DNA of 63,362 nt, the filler included, from Candidatus Rokuibacteriota bacterium (lineage in GTDB: Bacteria > JAUVQV01 > DATDCY01): NCBI GenBank assembly GCA_031406795.1. It is 7 parts of 7 records of this genome, joined end to end, with 100 filler letters (N's around TTAATTAATTAA, not from the genome) between each part and the next. Parts side by side here need not be neighbours in the genome. Positions count along the whole stretch, not along the records: positions 14,869 to 24,978 come from JANOHV010000020.1; positions 25,079 to 53,611 come from JANOHV010000032.1; 5 more parts are not named here. One strand, 5' to 3'. Made by a program: the position numbers and the translations under genes. Under the pieces are notes generated by a model. It had not been told where the DNA came from. It worked only from the letters and a program-made list of their open reading frames with translations, and did no database searches. Every line of letters begins with the position of its first letter. Position 1 is the first letter of the stretch. This document shows positions 19,201 to 29,346 of the stretch, in pieces.

Positions 19201-22151
19201 ATCCAGTCGTTGCCGTCATCGCCGAAGACCGTGTCGTCACCGTCGCCTGCGAAGATAAAGTCATTGCCGGGGCCACCAAAGGAAGTTGTCAGGTCGTTGC
19301 CGCCAATGATGTAGTCGTTGCCACGGCCACCCTGATTGAGGTCACCGCCAAATCCCTGGCCAGACGCCAGCACATCATTGCCGTCGCCACCTTTTATGGT
19401 ATCGTCCCCAAAGCCGCCGATCTGGATGTCATCGCCCAAGCCACCGATCAGGCTGTCATTGCCGTCGCCGCCATCCATCCAGTCATTGCCATCATTGCCG
19501 CGCATGGTGTCGTCGCCTTCGCTCGACCACATGCGATCAGCTCCTGCTGAGCCGTCGAATACTACATGGTCAAAACCGGTGTACCGGACCGTGCAGTCAG
19601 GCCTACGGATGAGAAGCAATCTCTCGTCGTAGTCCGGAGTTGCAATGTCATCGACGATGGGCCCGCACAGACTCTGTGCAGCCATATTGAATGTATATGT
19701 CGGCCGTGAGAAGGCATCAGCAGGCAGGCCTGATGCATCGGTATTGCGCTGGATCATCTCGGCAAGCGAGTTGCCCTCAAGCTGTACCAGCAGGTTAAGG
19801 CCTGCGGTGCGCGAGAGGTAGTAGAAGCGGTCGCCGTCCTGGAGATCCTCCAGCTGCGCTTCGAAGACGAAGTTAAAGGTCGCGCCGAGCATACCGCCGA
19901 AGACTGCCGGCTTCTCTGCAAGGCCGCCAACCCACAGGTCAATGTCATCAACACCGGTCGTTGTACGGCCGGTTAACAGGTCAGGTCCATACACCCCGGT
20001 GCTTGTCAGGAAGTCGTTTGCATCGGGCACAAGGGGATCGAGAGCCAGGATCGCCTGTGCGGCTGCACGCCGCTGCGCCATGGTTCCGGTGATTGTCGGA
20101 TGTGTCCCATATGCTGCAATAAAATTGACCCAAGACGAAGAGTTCCGAAGAGATAATCCGAAGTCAATCCAGTCCGCATGCGGGGCAACGACGGAGTTCT
20201 GGGTTGCGAGGAAGAACTGCCGGCGCACCTCATTGAAACGCGGAATGCCGGTATCCCGAGCTCGTGCCATGTTGAGCGCTGGAAGATCAAGTGGCAGACC
20301 GAGGAGCCGATTGCGGACCGCCTCAATAACGAACTCGTCTATCTCGTTGCCGACCTGCCTGGTCGCACCCCGTACGATCGCCCCGGCAGCCTCATCGGGA
20401 GTCGCGTATCCTGCGTTAAACGCAAGCGGGTTGAGGAAAGCATCGAAGAGTGAAATGTGATCCGGGGTGCCGTCAGCGCGGAAACGATCGACCGACTCGG
20501 TCAGCATCGAGTGCCCAAACCGGTACACGGCATGAGCGAACTCAGCGCGAATAGCTGCATTAACCGAGGGATTGAACCCGGTACCGCCACCGCCAAAGGG
20601 GTTGACAAGCGGCTGGACCTTGCGGGCAAACTCCTCGAAGACCAGGTGCTGGTACTCCATCTCGGTCACAAATTTGGCGACCTGGAAGAGACGTTCGCCG
20701 TAGTCCCAGCCTGCAGGCCCTGTCGCTAGTATCTGCCACTCGTCCCGCTCTGCCTGGGTGAATTCCGGGTCGGTGGCGATCATGTTGACGATGACGCCGG
20801 CGAGCCGATTGTGCTCCGAGTGGAATACGTGGTGAACGGCCGTGAGGGCGATATTCTCATTGACGCGGCCATCGCCTGCCATAAAGTGGGCTTCAAGCAG
20901 CTCGTTGTCATATGTCAAGGTGTTCAGGTCGTCAGGCCCTGCTACGGAATCAATATCAGGGGTTCGTCCCGCGCCAGGTGCTGCGTGGTGGGCAATATCA
21001 TCGAGAAAAGCGTGGCCGGACGACACTGCGTTGACTGTGTCTACAGGAGTCGTCAGGTTACCCTCAACGAGTATGGTCCCGCCCAATACGCTTTTAATGA
21101 TCTGTGGAAAGCCGTTCGGTCCGCGCAGAAACCGGCCATACGGGTCGGTCGCCAGCAGCGGGACAGACAACACATCCTCGTCAGTGAGTTGAATGCCTAA
21201 CACGTTAAGCGCCTGTGCCTTGAGATCAGCCCAGGTGGCCATGCCGCCGATCTGGCCTGTGATGAGTCTGCCATTTCCGACCGGCCGCCCTGCAACGAGC
21301 GAGTAACTGCGCAGGAAGACCTGGTGGGACGGATGCGAGGTATACGTCTGGCTCTGGTCTACCCACGGTGATGTATTGTTGACCGCCTCAAAATTGCCAT
21401 TGTGGGTGGCGCGTGTCAGCACCATGAAGTTCGTCGGGGAGCCCGGGACAAACAGCGGGTCATCGGTCTGGAGCGGGATGAAGACCGTCCCTCTGCCGCC
21501 CTTTTTGACAAGGTCTAGCCCATGGTCAAAAAACTGACCGAAAAAAGTAAACCACGAGTTAAACGGCGCCGACAGACCGGCGTCAGTGGCAACATTGGGG
21601 ATGAACAGGCTCTCGCCTGGCAGTCCGGTTAATCCTGATACAGAAACAGCAGACGGGTTGCGGTTCGTCTGGTCAACTACAAGATTACTGACAGTACGCG
21701 GCTGGGAATCGAAGACGGTGCCACTCTGCTGAGTGTAAGTCGTCCCCGCTTCGGCGGCTCTGAATTCCGCGGGCAGAAGGCGGGGGAAGAGCTGATCCGC
21801 TGTCCCGAAGGTCTCCTGCCCAGGGGTCAGGTGGTTGCATGAACCATCAACTGTGCGGAGGCCCCACGGCAGCTCTACGGTCTGGCCAGTGCCCAGAGGA
21901 ATCTGGCCAGGGAGGCCGCCGACCAGCGTCTGACAAGGATCCGCCGGCGTCTGGGTTGCAGCATGTCGCTCCGAGATCCTGATCTGCTGCATAATAAACC
22001 GCAGATCAGATGCGTTCAGGTTAAAGCCCTGGCCCACCGGAGCCGTCTGCGCGTGTGCAACGCGTCCGGTCATTGAAACGATAGCCAAGAAAATAACCGC
22101 TAATGTTATCAAGAAAGACACATTGCTTCTCTTACGATCGAGTCGGTTCAT
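16254..22151 (-). CDS. 1965-aa secreted animal-type haem peroxidase (peroxicin-like) with RTX, Ig-like and FG-GAP repeats
   Basis: Signal peptide; [26 protein letters not shown] and [10 protein letters not shown] peroxidase motifs; many GGxGxD nonapeptides; five ~95-aa DVLAND/NVLAND Ig-like repeats; five 40-aa DFDGDG repeats. Confidence 0.92.
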   Translation of the reverse strand: MNRLDRKRSNVSFLITLAVIFLAIVSMTGRVAHAQTAPVGQGFNLNASDLRFIMQQIRISERHAATQTPADPCQTLVGGLPGQIPLGTGQTVELPWGLRTVDGSCNHLTPGQETFGTADQLFPRLLPAEFRAAEAGTTYTQQSGTVFDSQPRTVSNLVVDQTNRNPSAVSVSGLTGLPGESLFIPNVATDAGLSAPFNSWFTFFGQFFDHGLDLVKKGGRGTVFIPLQTDDPLFVPGSPTNFMVLTRATHNGNFEAVNNTSPWVDQSQTYTSHPSHQVFLRSYSLVAGRPVGNGRLITGQIGGMATWADLKAQALNVLGIQLTDEDVLSVPLLATDPYGRFLRGPNGFPQIIKSVLGGTILVEGNLTTPVDTVNAVSSGHAFLDDIAHHAAPGAGRTPDIDSVAGPDDLNTLTYDNELLEAHFMAGDGRVNENIALTAVHHVFHSEHNRLAGVIVNMIATDPEFTQAERDEWQILATGPAGWDYGERLFQVAKFVTEMEYQHLVFEEFARKVQPLVNPFGGGGTGFNPSVNAAIRAEFAHAVYRFGHSMLTESVDRFRADGTPDHISLFDAFLNPLAFNAGYATPDEAAGAIVRGATRQVGNEIDEFVIEAVRNRLLGLPLDLPALNMARARDTGIPRFNEVRRQFFLATQNSVVAPHADWIDFGLSLRNSSSWVNFIAAYGTHPTITGTMAQRRAAAQAILALDPLVPDANDFLTSTGVYGPDLLTGRTTTGVDDIDLWVGGLAEKPAVFGGMLGATFNFVFEAQLEDLQDGDRFYYLSRTAGLNLLVQLEGNSLAEMIQRNTDASGLPADAFSRPTYTFNMAAQSLCGPIVDDIATPDYDERLLLIRRPDCTVRYTGFDHVVFDGSAGADRMWSSEGDDTMRGNDGNDWMDGGDGNDSLIGGLGDDIQIGGFGDDTIKGGDGNDVLASGQGFGGDLNQGGRGNDYIIGGNDLTTSFGGPGNDFIFAGDGDDTVFGDDGNDWIEGGRGAFNLLQGDNGAPFQNDPNAPGHDVIIGFGGEQDYDMEGGDDIGLMGPGIQRVEGMLGFDWATHKLDPNPGDSDMFFTALLPPTVNNNKDRFDLVEGLSGGPLNDVLKGTNFTAADIAPAHELTAAGIARIQGLAALLPVGVPSFSGGNIILGGAGSDVLEGRGGDDILDGDAWLDAQIRVTGVLPAGIAEFHDTMATLNAAVLAGQINPGQLQIVRSIRVAAPNPTHIDTAVFSGLFIEYNIVTNPDGSITVTHLLGAGTDGTDTLRNIEAFQFADGTVSFVLATVADNDVATTTGVTPVIIDVLANDAFNGVAIPGGATVTVTRLMNAVDGNAVLNGNNTFTFTPNAGFSGIATFTYNVTVNGELSNPATVSVTVNAFIANGDSAITTGTNPVNIPVLANDVYLGGAIPGDATVTLVALPANGTAVLNANNTVTFTPTGISGIATFTYFVTTVGLQISNTATVSVTVNPLIANGDVATTTGTIPVNINVLANDTLFGVGIPEGATVTRVTNSANGNAVLNGDNTFTFTANAGFVGIATFTYNVASTGQVSNTATVSVTVIQAILIAIDDNAVTTGTAPVIINVLANDTFNGGAIPAGAIVTLVTNSANGNAVLNGNNTFTFTANTLFSGLTTFTYTVTAGGVSSTATVSVTVNPAIPVAINDNAVTTWTAPVIISVLANDTYNGGAIPAGAIVTRVTNSANGNAVLNGDNTFTFTANTLFSGLTTFTYTVTAGGQVSNTATVSVTVNIRVRNDFDGDGRSDIGVYYPPGGNWFEFRSTEGFFQTTFGYAGTLPVTGDFDGDGSTDIGAYFAPGGNWYQFKSTEGFFQTQFGFDGTIPVVGDFDGDGREDIGVYYPPGGNWYFFKSTEGFSQTQFGYAGTIPVVGDFDADGRADIGAYYPPGGNWYLFKSTEGFFQTTFGYAGTEPVVGDFDQDGRDDLGVYFAPGGNWYLFKSTEGFFETQFGFEGTIPLGGTLR

Positions 22152-22387
22152 TTCCCTCTCCTACTTGTCTGACATCTCTATACTCTCTCTCTGCCAACCA
22201 AATAGAGCCTACTAGGCAAGGTATCTTCAGGGCGAAGCGGCATGACTCGTTTTCGGGACGAACGACAACGCGATGACGACGAGGCCCGCCGCAAGTCTCT
22301 CCAGAATCCCCCCCGTTAGCCACCAACAGGTTTCGTGCCGAGCGTTCAAAGCCACTCATTCCGGTTCACCTCCTTGGCTGAAGCGAA

Positions 22388-22404
22388 TGCAAGTGATATG
22401 CCAA
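22388..22404 (-). promoter_or_regulatory. Sigma54 (-24/-12) promoter
   Basis: Minus-strand TTGGCATATCACTTGCA with canonical GG-N10-GC spacing, followed by an AAGGAGGTGA RBS and ATG at 22359. Confidence 0.7.
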
Positions 22405-23033
22405 CACCGGACGTGGAAGGCTGCAATGGGGGAAGGCCGTGACATTGCTCACAATATGCGGCTCATCCGGGTCGTCCGGGTCGTCGCGCGTAGAGCCACC
22501 GGCTGTCGTGAGGCATCGAATGAGACAGCCCGAAACAAGTGAGACATCTGACGGCAATCGGGCGTCACGGCGCCGCCGGCGTCGTGGGAAAGGGCAAGGC
22601 CATGCGGATCATGCTCCTCCAGGGCGACGAGCCCTTCTGGGAGCGCGTGCGCTCGTACCTGATCGTGGTCAACGCGTCGGCGTGGGCCTGCGGAGCCCGG
22701 AGCAGCTCCCGAACCACGGCGACCGCGGGGTCTCGCTCCTCGTGACCGGCCGCGAGCTCGCCACGGCCCCATCGTCCGGGGGCAGCGCATACCGGTCGTC
22801 GTGATCGAGGACGAGGGGAGCGGCGGGATGCCGCCCGTCGCCGAGGGGGACCGCGCGCCGATCATCCCGGGCTGACCGTTCCCGAAGCGGAAGTTCCACT
22901 AGCCGGAAAATCCTGTGGGGCTATTGCATCGGACCCAAGGCGATGCCATCATCCGTTTCGAGAGCGGTCGGTCGCGACTGCAGCATGTGACGCGGCCGGC
23001 TCGAGCGACTCGATACGGGGAGAAACAACACCG

Positions 23034-23378
23034 TTGCGGCTCCGAAGAGGGCTCGGCCTGGCACTGTTGATTATCATGGACCTGGGGACGGCCCAGCCGG
23101 CGCAAGCATTCCTGATGGAACCGTTCAGCCCCGAGGCGATGCGCAAGAACATCAAGATCGAAAAGAGATTCTATCCGACGCGCGAGGATGGCCCCTGGAA
23201 GAAGCGGGCGTCCTCTTCGGCAAGACCCACGGTGATCTTTTACGTTTCGGGATACGGCGCGCAGCAGCCTCCGGAACTCGAGGGGGTCATCGACCGCCTC
23301 CGGGAGGCGTTGGCCAAGAAGGGCAGCTTCAGCGTCGCCACGGCGGAGGAGACGCACACGTTTGTCGGGAGGGGTTGA
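23034..23378 (+). pseudogene. Truncated hypothetical exported protein
   Basis: Signal-peptide-like N-terminus; the ORF ends by colliding with the convergent truncated HEPN gene. Confidence 0.35.
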
Positions 23379-23511
23379 ACTCGCGCTCCACGGATGAGCG
23401 TACCAGTCTGTTTCCTTGATATGCGGCAAGGCTCAAACCCTGGACCGCAGAGAGGATCGCAGCGCAGGACTCGACGATGTCGATGAGATAGGCTCTCTCG
23501 TCACGCGGCAT
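23372..23511 (-). pseudogene. Truncated HepT/DUF86 (HEPN) toxin
   Basis: MPRDERAYLIDIVESC...LVRSSVEREF, after which homology stops; the RxxxxH motif is absent. Confidence 0.7.
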
Positions 23512-23693
23512 AGAGCGGTTGCTTCGTGCGCTGGATGTCTTGCACGACGTAGCGGTTTCTCACCGCGCCGACCATGACAAGATCGATCTCGCGCCCAAAC
23601 ATGCCCCAGAGGTCGGCGAGCAGACCGAAGTAGGCCTCGACGCGCGCATAGATCCGCAATCGACTTGCGTTTCTCCTCGAGCAATGGGCCCAT
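23501..23693 (-). pseudogene. Internally deleted MNT (minimal nucleotidyltransferase) antitoxin
   Basis: MGPLLEEKRKSIADLCAR is joined out of frame to YFGLLADLWGMFGREIDLV...VRNRY; the GS/DxD core is missing. Confidence 0.7.
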
Positions 23694-23904
23694 AGGAATT
23701 TCCTTCCCTGCCTTGAGTCAGACGAGCCGGTCGCAAGTCCTCATTTGGTCGTGATTGCCTGATTCACGTCAGGATTGTCGCGTCGCCACAAGCTGAATTC
23801 AAGGTCCGATCGGCCACAGTAGTTCCTGAAGAGCCCCGAAAGCCGGGTGAGCGGCGATGTGCGCTGCGATTGGGCAGACTGCTGAACTGCCGCCCGGTAC
23901 AGAT

Positions 23905-24365
23905 CACTCCACCCAAGACAGGTACTCGTGCTCGGCAGGTGCGCACGGCGCCGCGGCCGACGTGGCTGGGGGCGACCGGGCTTCGTCCCACAGCGACGAA
24001 TGCTCGAGGATTGCGCGCACGACGCGCCGCTCCTCGACGAGCGCGACGATCCGCATCGCGCCGCCGCAGTCCGGGCACTCCAGGGGATCGGCCGCGAAGA
24101 CCTTCTTGATGAAGCGGTATCGTAGCGGATCTTATTCATCGAGAAGGGGGCGCGGATGTGGAAGTCCCTGTCCGGCGTTAAGCCTCCGTCGGAGGCCATG
24201 ACGTGCAGGTGCGGGTGGAAGTTCAGAAGGCTGCCGAACGAGTGCACGCAGACAACCAGCCCAAGCTCCACCTGTAGCGCCCCGAGCAGCACGCGAAAGC
24301 TCTGGGTGAAAACGTCGGCGGCCATGCCACACAGATCCCCAAGCAGCCGCCGGTCAAGGTATTCC
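23905..24365 (-). mobile_element. IS91-family (HUH/Y2) transposase remnant
   Basis: HSFGSLLNFHPHLHVMASDGG HUH motif, and in another frame the C-terminal DPLECPDCGGAMRIVA Zn ribbon; the segments between are deleted. Confidence 0.8.
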
Positions 24366-24446
24366 TGTGTTTTCAGAGGATTACAACTCAAGCCCCCGTC
24401 TCATACCAGCTGCGGTTGAGCCCGGGGGGATCAGGACTCTGGCTAG

Positions 24447-24486
24447 AAAAGGGCGCCGGCCCCCGTTTCCAGGAACCGGCGCCCCC
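24447..24486 (-). terminator. Rho-independent terminator
   Basis: GGGCGCCGG...CCGGCGCCC hairpin plus T4 on the minus strand, downstream of the gene ending at 24532. Confidence 0.65.
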
Positions 24487-24519
24487 TCACCCTGCCCTCT
24501 CCCGCCGGGGGAGAGGGGT
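24483..24519. repeat. CCCTCACCC-type REP-like palindrome
   Basis: CCCCTCACCCTGCCCTCTCCCGCCGGGGGAGAGGGG; a related inverted copy lies at 32055-32090. Confidence 0.65.
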
Positions 24520-24531
24520 GTGTTCATGCAG

Positions 24532-24978
24532 CTACTGCGCGAGTATCTTCTCCGCCTCCTTGCGGTAGGCCCGCATCACGTACGGGATGCCGGTGACGCT
24601 CTCGCACTCCTCGCTCAGGCTCATCAGGTCGCGGCGCGTGATCGTCGAGAGGTTGAAGTTGCGGCTCCCGGCCATCAGCTGCTGCAAGCCGGTGCGGATC
24701 TTCTGGCTCGCGGTGTAGATGCCCACCGCGCCCAGGGGCAGCTTCTCGACATCCTTGCCGAACTTCGCCTTGAGCTCCTCGTAGGAGACGAAGATCTCGT
24801 CGGCCTTCGAGCCGAACTTGCTGACCGTCTTGGGCAGCGTCCCGGCCTTGATCCACTCGCCGATGTTCTTGCCGACCATCCCGGGGATCATCAGCGCGCG
24901 GCCCATGCAGACCGCCTTGAAGTTCGGCGCGCCCATCGCCAGCACCTTGAAGATGTGCGTCTCGTCCGAGAAGCCGCC
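24532..24978 (-). CDS. FMN-binding glutamate synthase family protein, 3' part (5' beyond contig end)
   Basis: GGFSDETHIFKVLAMGAP..KAVCMGRALMIPG and GLQQLMAG. Confidence 0.8.
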   Translation of the reverse strand, partial: GGFSDETHIFKVLAMGAPNFKAVCMGRALMIPGMVGKNIGEWIKAGTLPKTVSKFGSKADEIFVSYEELKAKFGKDVEKLPLGAVGIYTASQKIRTGLQQLMAGSRNFNLSTITRRDLMSLSEECESVTGIPYVMRAYRKEAEKILAQ

Positions 24979-25078
24979 NNNNNNNNNNNNNNNNNNNNNN
25001 NNNNNNNNNNNNNNNNNNNNNNTTAATTAATTAANNNNNNNNNNNNNNNNNNNNNNNNNNNNNNNNNNNNNNNNNNNN
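24979..25078. other. Artificial contig linker
   Basis: N-TTAATTAATTAA-N, 100 nt. Confidence 0.99.
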
Positions 25079-26105
25079 GCGCGCCCTTGTCGGAGGAGTT
25101 GATGTCCAGGCAGCCCGCGAGGATCATCGGCTGGTTGGCGACGATCCCGACCGTCGAGCCCTGCATCCGCGCGAAGCCGGTGACGATGTTTTTCGCGTAG
25201 TCCGCCTTGAGCTCGAAGAACTCGCCGTCGTCGACGACTTTGGCGATCAGCTCCTTGATCTCGTAGGGCTTGTTCGGGCTGTCCGGAACGAGGGTGTCGA
25301 GCGAGGACTCGACGCGCTCGGCCGGGTCGCTGGTTGCGAGCAGCGGGGGCTTCTGGCGATTGTTGAGCGGCAGGAAATTCAGGAAGCGGCGCATCATCAG
25401 CAGTGCCTCGACGTCGTTCTCGAACACGCCGTCGGCGACGCCGCTGCGCGTGGCGTGGGTCACCGAGCCGCCCAGCTCCTCGTGGGTGACCTCCTCGTGG
25501 GTCACGGTCTTCACCACGTCGGGGCCGGTGACGAACATATAGGAGGTGTCCTTGACCATGAAGATGAAGTCGGTCATCGCCGGGGAGTAGACCGCGCCGC
25601 CGGCGCAGGGACCCATGACCAGCGAGATCTGCGGCACCACGCCGGAGGCCAGCACGTTGCGCTGGAAGACGTCGGCGTAGCCGGCGAGCGAGACGACCCC
25701 CTCGTGGATGCGCGCGCCGCCCGAGTCGTTGATGCCGATCACCGGGACGCCGACGCGCATCGCGTGGTCCATGATCTTGCAGATCTTCTCGGCGTGGGCC
25801 TCGGAGAGCGCGCCGCCGAAGACCGTGAAGTCCTGCGAGAAGACGAAGACCGCGCGGCCGTGGACGGTGCCGTAGCCGGTGACGACGCCGTCGCCGGGCA
25901 CCGTTTTGTCGCCCATCTCGAAGTCCGAGCAGCGGTGCTCGACGAACATGTCCCACTCCTCGAAGCTGGATTCGTCGAGCAGCAGCTCGATGCGCTCGCG
26001 CGCGGTGAGCTTGCCCTTGGCGTGGTGGGCGACGATGCGCTCGCGCCCGCCGCCGAGCCGGGCGGCCGCGCGCTTCTCTTCGAGCTTCTTCAGGATCTCC
26101 TGCAT
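25079..26105 (-). CDS. pccB: Propionyl-CoA carboxylase / methylmalonyl-CoA carboxyltransferase beta subunit (3' cut)
   Basis: [41 protein letters not shown] and GIVANQP. Confidence 0.9.
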
Positions 26106-26161
26106 ACGGGTATTGTATCGGTCTTGGGCGAAAAGGGAAGGGCCCTTCTTTGTCCCCGCGA

Positions 26162-28126
26162 TCAGTCGCCGGTGAAGAATTTCAGCGAACCCAGCGAAAG
26201 GCTGAGCGAGAGATACCACGCTCCGTCGATGGCATCGTGCGTCTTGATATCACCCTTATTCTTGATCGGATCCCCGACGGATTGATCCCTCAACGCGGTG
26301 ACTCGTTGCCACGTGTAGCCAGCGCCAAGCCGCGCGGATTTCATCAGTGGGTACGACAGGCCTACGAAAACACTTGAGATCTTGGTGTCGATCCCGGCGC
26401 CGAGTTGGAGGTCGAGCGGTGCTATTGCGGCAGGACAGTCTGATAAGATCAGGCAAAATACGTCAACATTGCCGAACAAAGCGAACTTGCCCGCTCGGCT
26501 CTCCTGGTCTTCGACGCCTATCACGGATTGTGAGGGATTGGAGGGGTCCGTCGCGGCAGCATAGGTTGGATCTTTCAGTTTCGTGAAGACAATCCCGGCG
26601 CTTACCGACCAGAAGGTGTTCGAATAATCCTTGACCTTTACCTGAGTCGTCACGTCAGTTGCACGCACGGCGACAATATGTCCACCATACGGTGAGTTCT
26701 TCACGATCTTGATCGGACGGGTCTGGTTCTTGTCCCATCTCACCGATCGGGTTCCGTTGGACACGAAGATGAACGGCGCCAGGAAGGTGCTGCTGACACA
26801 GACTGTGTGTTCCCCGCCCGCGCACGGTTCTGCCGGGGCAATCATGGTTTCCTGAACGCGCCGGTTGAATATCTCAAGACGCGTGGTTGTGGCCGTGATC
26901 GTCTCCCGCTCCTTCAGGATTTTCTCAACTTCTGCGAAACTGCTGTCCGTTTCCTGCAGGTATGCAACAAGGCTCTGTATGATAATCGAACGCTCAGTTC
27001 GAAGCTTATTGAGAGCGCCATCAAGCGCCTTGGTGTCATTTGTGGCCTCGGCTTCGCGTGCCAAGGGCAAGATTGGTTCGAGACTACAGGTGCTACCCGG
27101 AGAATCCCTGCATGCAGCATTTTCACAGGCCGAATCTTGCTCAGGCATCGCCAGGAAGTGCTCGACGGCCGCAAGCACTTGCTTTGGCTTTTTCGAATCC
27201 CCTGCGATGACAGCCTGGTAGGCGTCAAAAAGCGGTAGACACTTGGCGCGGGCCTCCAACGTGTTCTGATACTTTTCACTGAGGTCAAGATATGCCTTGC
27301 TGATTTTGTCTAAGGAAGGAGTCGGCCCCTTGCAGTTGGTTGAGACTATCTCGTATGTTGGGACAGATGAACCACTCTCGACTTCCTGGAGGAAAATGGT
27401 AGCACGATAAGTTTGTGTAGTAACGCAAGAGGCGAGATTCTTGACTTTCTCGATTCCTGACCTAAGCTCCTCGAGTTTCTTTCGGATATTCTCAACCAGC
27501 GCGCTTGCCGGATCATCGCCTGGTATCTTGGCTTTAGTTGCAGTCAGTCTCTGGGTATGTTGGGTAAGTTCTTGCGTAGTTAGCGGTCTTTCTGCCTGTA
27601 TCCTGAGGCCCGCAGAAAGATCGCCACTCAACAGATTTGCTAACTTCTGCAATTCGGCCAACGGCGCGATGTTTTCTTCTTTGACTTCTCCTTCGGACAC
27701 CGCATAAAGGAGAGGATTTGTGTCCTTGATGACGATCGAAAGCGATTCATCGGGTGCGAGCGCTATTGTCGGGATGTGGTTTATGTCGAACTCGGTCCGC
27801 TTCTTTTCAAGTTCTCTTTCCGGATTCCACACGGCTTTCTTGTGGTCGTAGTCGAGCATCAGGCTCTTGGGAGGTGCTTTGGGCACATTCCCACAGTCTA
27901 TGAGCGGATGTTTTGGGGAGTCGCAATATGCTTTCAGGAAAAGCCATTGGTGAACAGGATCTTCAATAGGCTTCGTCTCAGGAACCGGGCCCTTCAGGCT
28001 GTTGTTGATTGCCTTTCGAATGAGATCGTACTGATCTGCCAATGTGGCGCTGAAAGCAGAACCAATGCCGGGCCCGACCAGGACAAGCACAAGGAACAAG
28101 ACCAGTACTCTCAATCCATGTCGCAT
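26162..28126 (-). CDS. Hypothetical exported Cys-rich protein with lower GC
   Basis: Long open frame with visibly lower GC, a signal peptide (start 28126 or 28162), 12 Cys and amphipathic beta-strands at the C-terminus. Confidence 0.75.
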   Translation of the reverse strand: MRHGLRVLVLFLVLVLVGPGIGSAFSATLADQYDLIRKAINNSLKGPVPETKPIEDPVHQWLFLKAYCDSPKHPLIDCGNVPKAPPKSLMLDYDHKKAVWNPERELEKKRTEFDINHIPTIALAPDESLSIVIKDTNPLLYAVSEGEVKEENIAPLAELQKLANLLSGDLSAGLRIQAERPLTTQELTQHTQRLTATKAKIPGDDPASALVENIRKKLEELRSGIEKVKNLASCVTTQTYRATIFLQEVESGSSVPTYEIVSTNCKGPTPSLDKISKAYLDLSEKYQNTLEARAKCLPLFDAYQAVIAGDSKKPKQVLAAVEHFLAMPEQDSACENAACRDSPGSTCSLEPILPLAREAEATNDTKALDGALNKLRTERSIIIQSLVAYLQETDSSFAEVEKILKERETITATTTRLEIFNRRVQETMIAPAEPCAGGEHTVCVSSTFLAPFIFVSNGTRSVRWDKNQTRPIKIVKNSPYGGHIVAVRATDVTTQVKVKDYSNTFWSVSAGIVFTKLKDPTYAAATDPSNPSQSVIGVEDQESRAGKFALFGNVDVFCLILSDCPAAIAPLDLQLGAGIDTKISSVFVGLSYPLMKSARLGAGYTWQRVTALRDQSVGDPIKNKGDIKTHDAIDGAWYLSLSLSLGSLKFFTGD

Positions 28127-28391
28127 TCCAGTTCTCCCTTCCCTTCGAAACTTCATATTCATTAACTGGCGGTTCGGCCTTAGTCAATCGGAAAATGAGA
28201 CCTCATTTGTCGGTGTTTCGTCATGCTCTGGCTGGCATGGCGCAATAGGCTTGTAGACGACGGATCGTCGTAACAATCCTGTCGTCCGTGCGTATTAGAA
28301 ACCTCCGATTTCTTGACGATTTCTGCTTCCCGAGGGTATAACTGCGCATGTCTCGGGTTTCCGTCTATAATCGGCACGGAGTGAGGTAGCC

Positions 28392-28520
28392 ATGGCGAAG
28401 GCCAAGAAGCTCGCTGGGGTGCCGGCGCACGCACAGGAAACTGAAATCGTCGTGACCATACGCATGATCTCGGCGAGAAAAGCCACCAAGGACGAATTCG
28501 ATACCTACGAGAGGAGATAG
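28392..28520 (+). pseudogene. BrnT-like toxin C-terminal remnant
   Basis: 42-aa ORF ending IRMISARKATKDEFDTYERR; the typical BrnT N-terminus is missing. Confidence 0.65.
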
Positions 28521-28523
28521 GTC

Positions 28524-28725
28524 ATGAGGCGGGAATACGACTTCTCCAAAAGCTGAACGGGGAAAGTTTTACAAGAAGGACGCGATTTTCCGTACCCCTG
28601 TTTACCTTGATCCGAAGCTACAAAGAATAATAGAGAGAATTGCCGACAAGAAGGGTAAAGCACTCTCCGACGTTGTCAACGAAGTACTGAAGAAGGACAT
28701 GGCGCTCGTTGAGGAGTTGACGTAA
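28524..28725 (+). pseudogene. BrnA/CopG-like antitoxin with a +1 frameshift
   Basis: MRREYDFSK, then an extra A in an AAAA run; removing it restores AERGKFY...PVYLDP...LSDVVNEVLKKDM. Confidence 0.7.
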
Positions 28726-28765
28726 GTCAATCAGAAGAGGCTCATGCAAATGTACGTTTTTTCAG

Positions 28766-28847
28766 CCCTTCGACGAGCTCAGGCCGAACGGCGGTGTGTT
28801 GATTCTGTAGGGACTTTCCCGTTCGTGGTGAGCCTGTCGAACCATGA
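28766..28847. repeat. Inverted REP-like pair (CCCTTCGAC...CTCAGG..GAACGG family)
   Basis: CCCTTCGACGAGCTCAGGCCGAACGG ... CCGTTCGTGGTGAGCCTGTCGAACCATG; the same family occurs at 38825-38895. Confidence 0.75.
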
Positions 28848-28917
28848 AAATAAGGCTATATCCAGGGGTCGTACGGGAGGCGGTGGATTCCGCGGTCGCC
28901 TGAGACTCAGTTCACCA

Positions 28918-29343
28918 TCATTTCTTGGGACGCTTCATCAGCGCGTCGGCGAGCGTCGTGGCGTCGAGCACCGCGCTGCTCGCGTCGCGCACGCGCTGCA
29001 TGACCGCGCGGATCTCGCACAACTCCTCCGAGGCGCACTCCTCGCAGCGGTGGTAGGCCGTGACGCTGACGCAGGGCACGGGCGCGAGCGGACCGTCCAT
29101 GATCCGAACGATTTCGCCGAAGCTGACCTGGCTCGCCGGTCGGGCCAGCGCGTACCCGCCGCCGCGGCCCTTGCGGCTGGAGAGCAGGCCGCGGTTCTTC
29201 ATCGTGAGCAGGATGCTTTCGAGGAATTTCTTCGGGATCTTCTCCGCGGCCGCGATTTCGGCGATGAGCACCGAGACACCGGGCTCCCGCCGCGCCAGGT
29301 GCAGCGCAGCCTTGAGCGCGTACTTCGCCTTGTTCGTCAGCAA
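28918..29343 (-). CDS. Rrf2 family transcriptional regulator
   Basis: KAKYALKA, SRKGRGGGYAL, DGPLAPVPC and a C-terminal Cys cluster; TTG start. Confidence 0.9.
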   Translation of the reverse strand: MLTNKAKYALKAALHLARREPGVSVLIAEIAAAEKIPKKFLESILLTMKNRGLLSSRKGRGGGYALARPASQVSFGEIVRIMDGPLAPVPCVSVTAYHRCEECASEELCEIRAVMQRVRDASSAVLDATTLADALMKRPKK

Positions 29344-29346
29344 CCC

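Noticed and set aside
24400..24445. tRNA 3' end as an island attachment site
   Set aside because: Only vague similarity; no TTCGA T-loop or CCA end.
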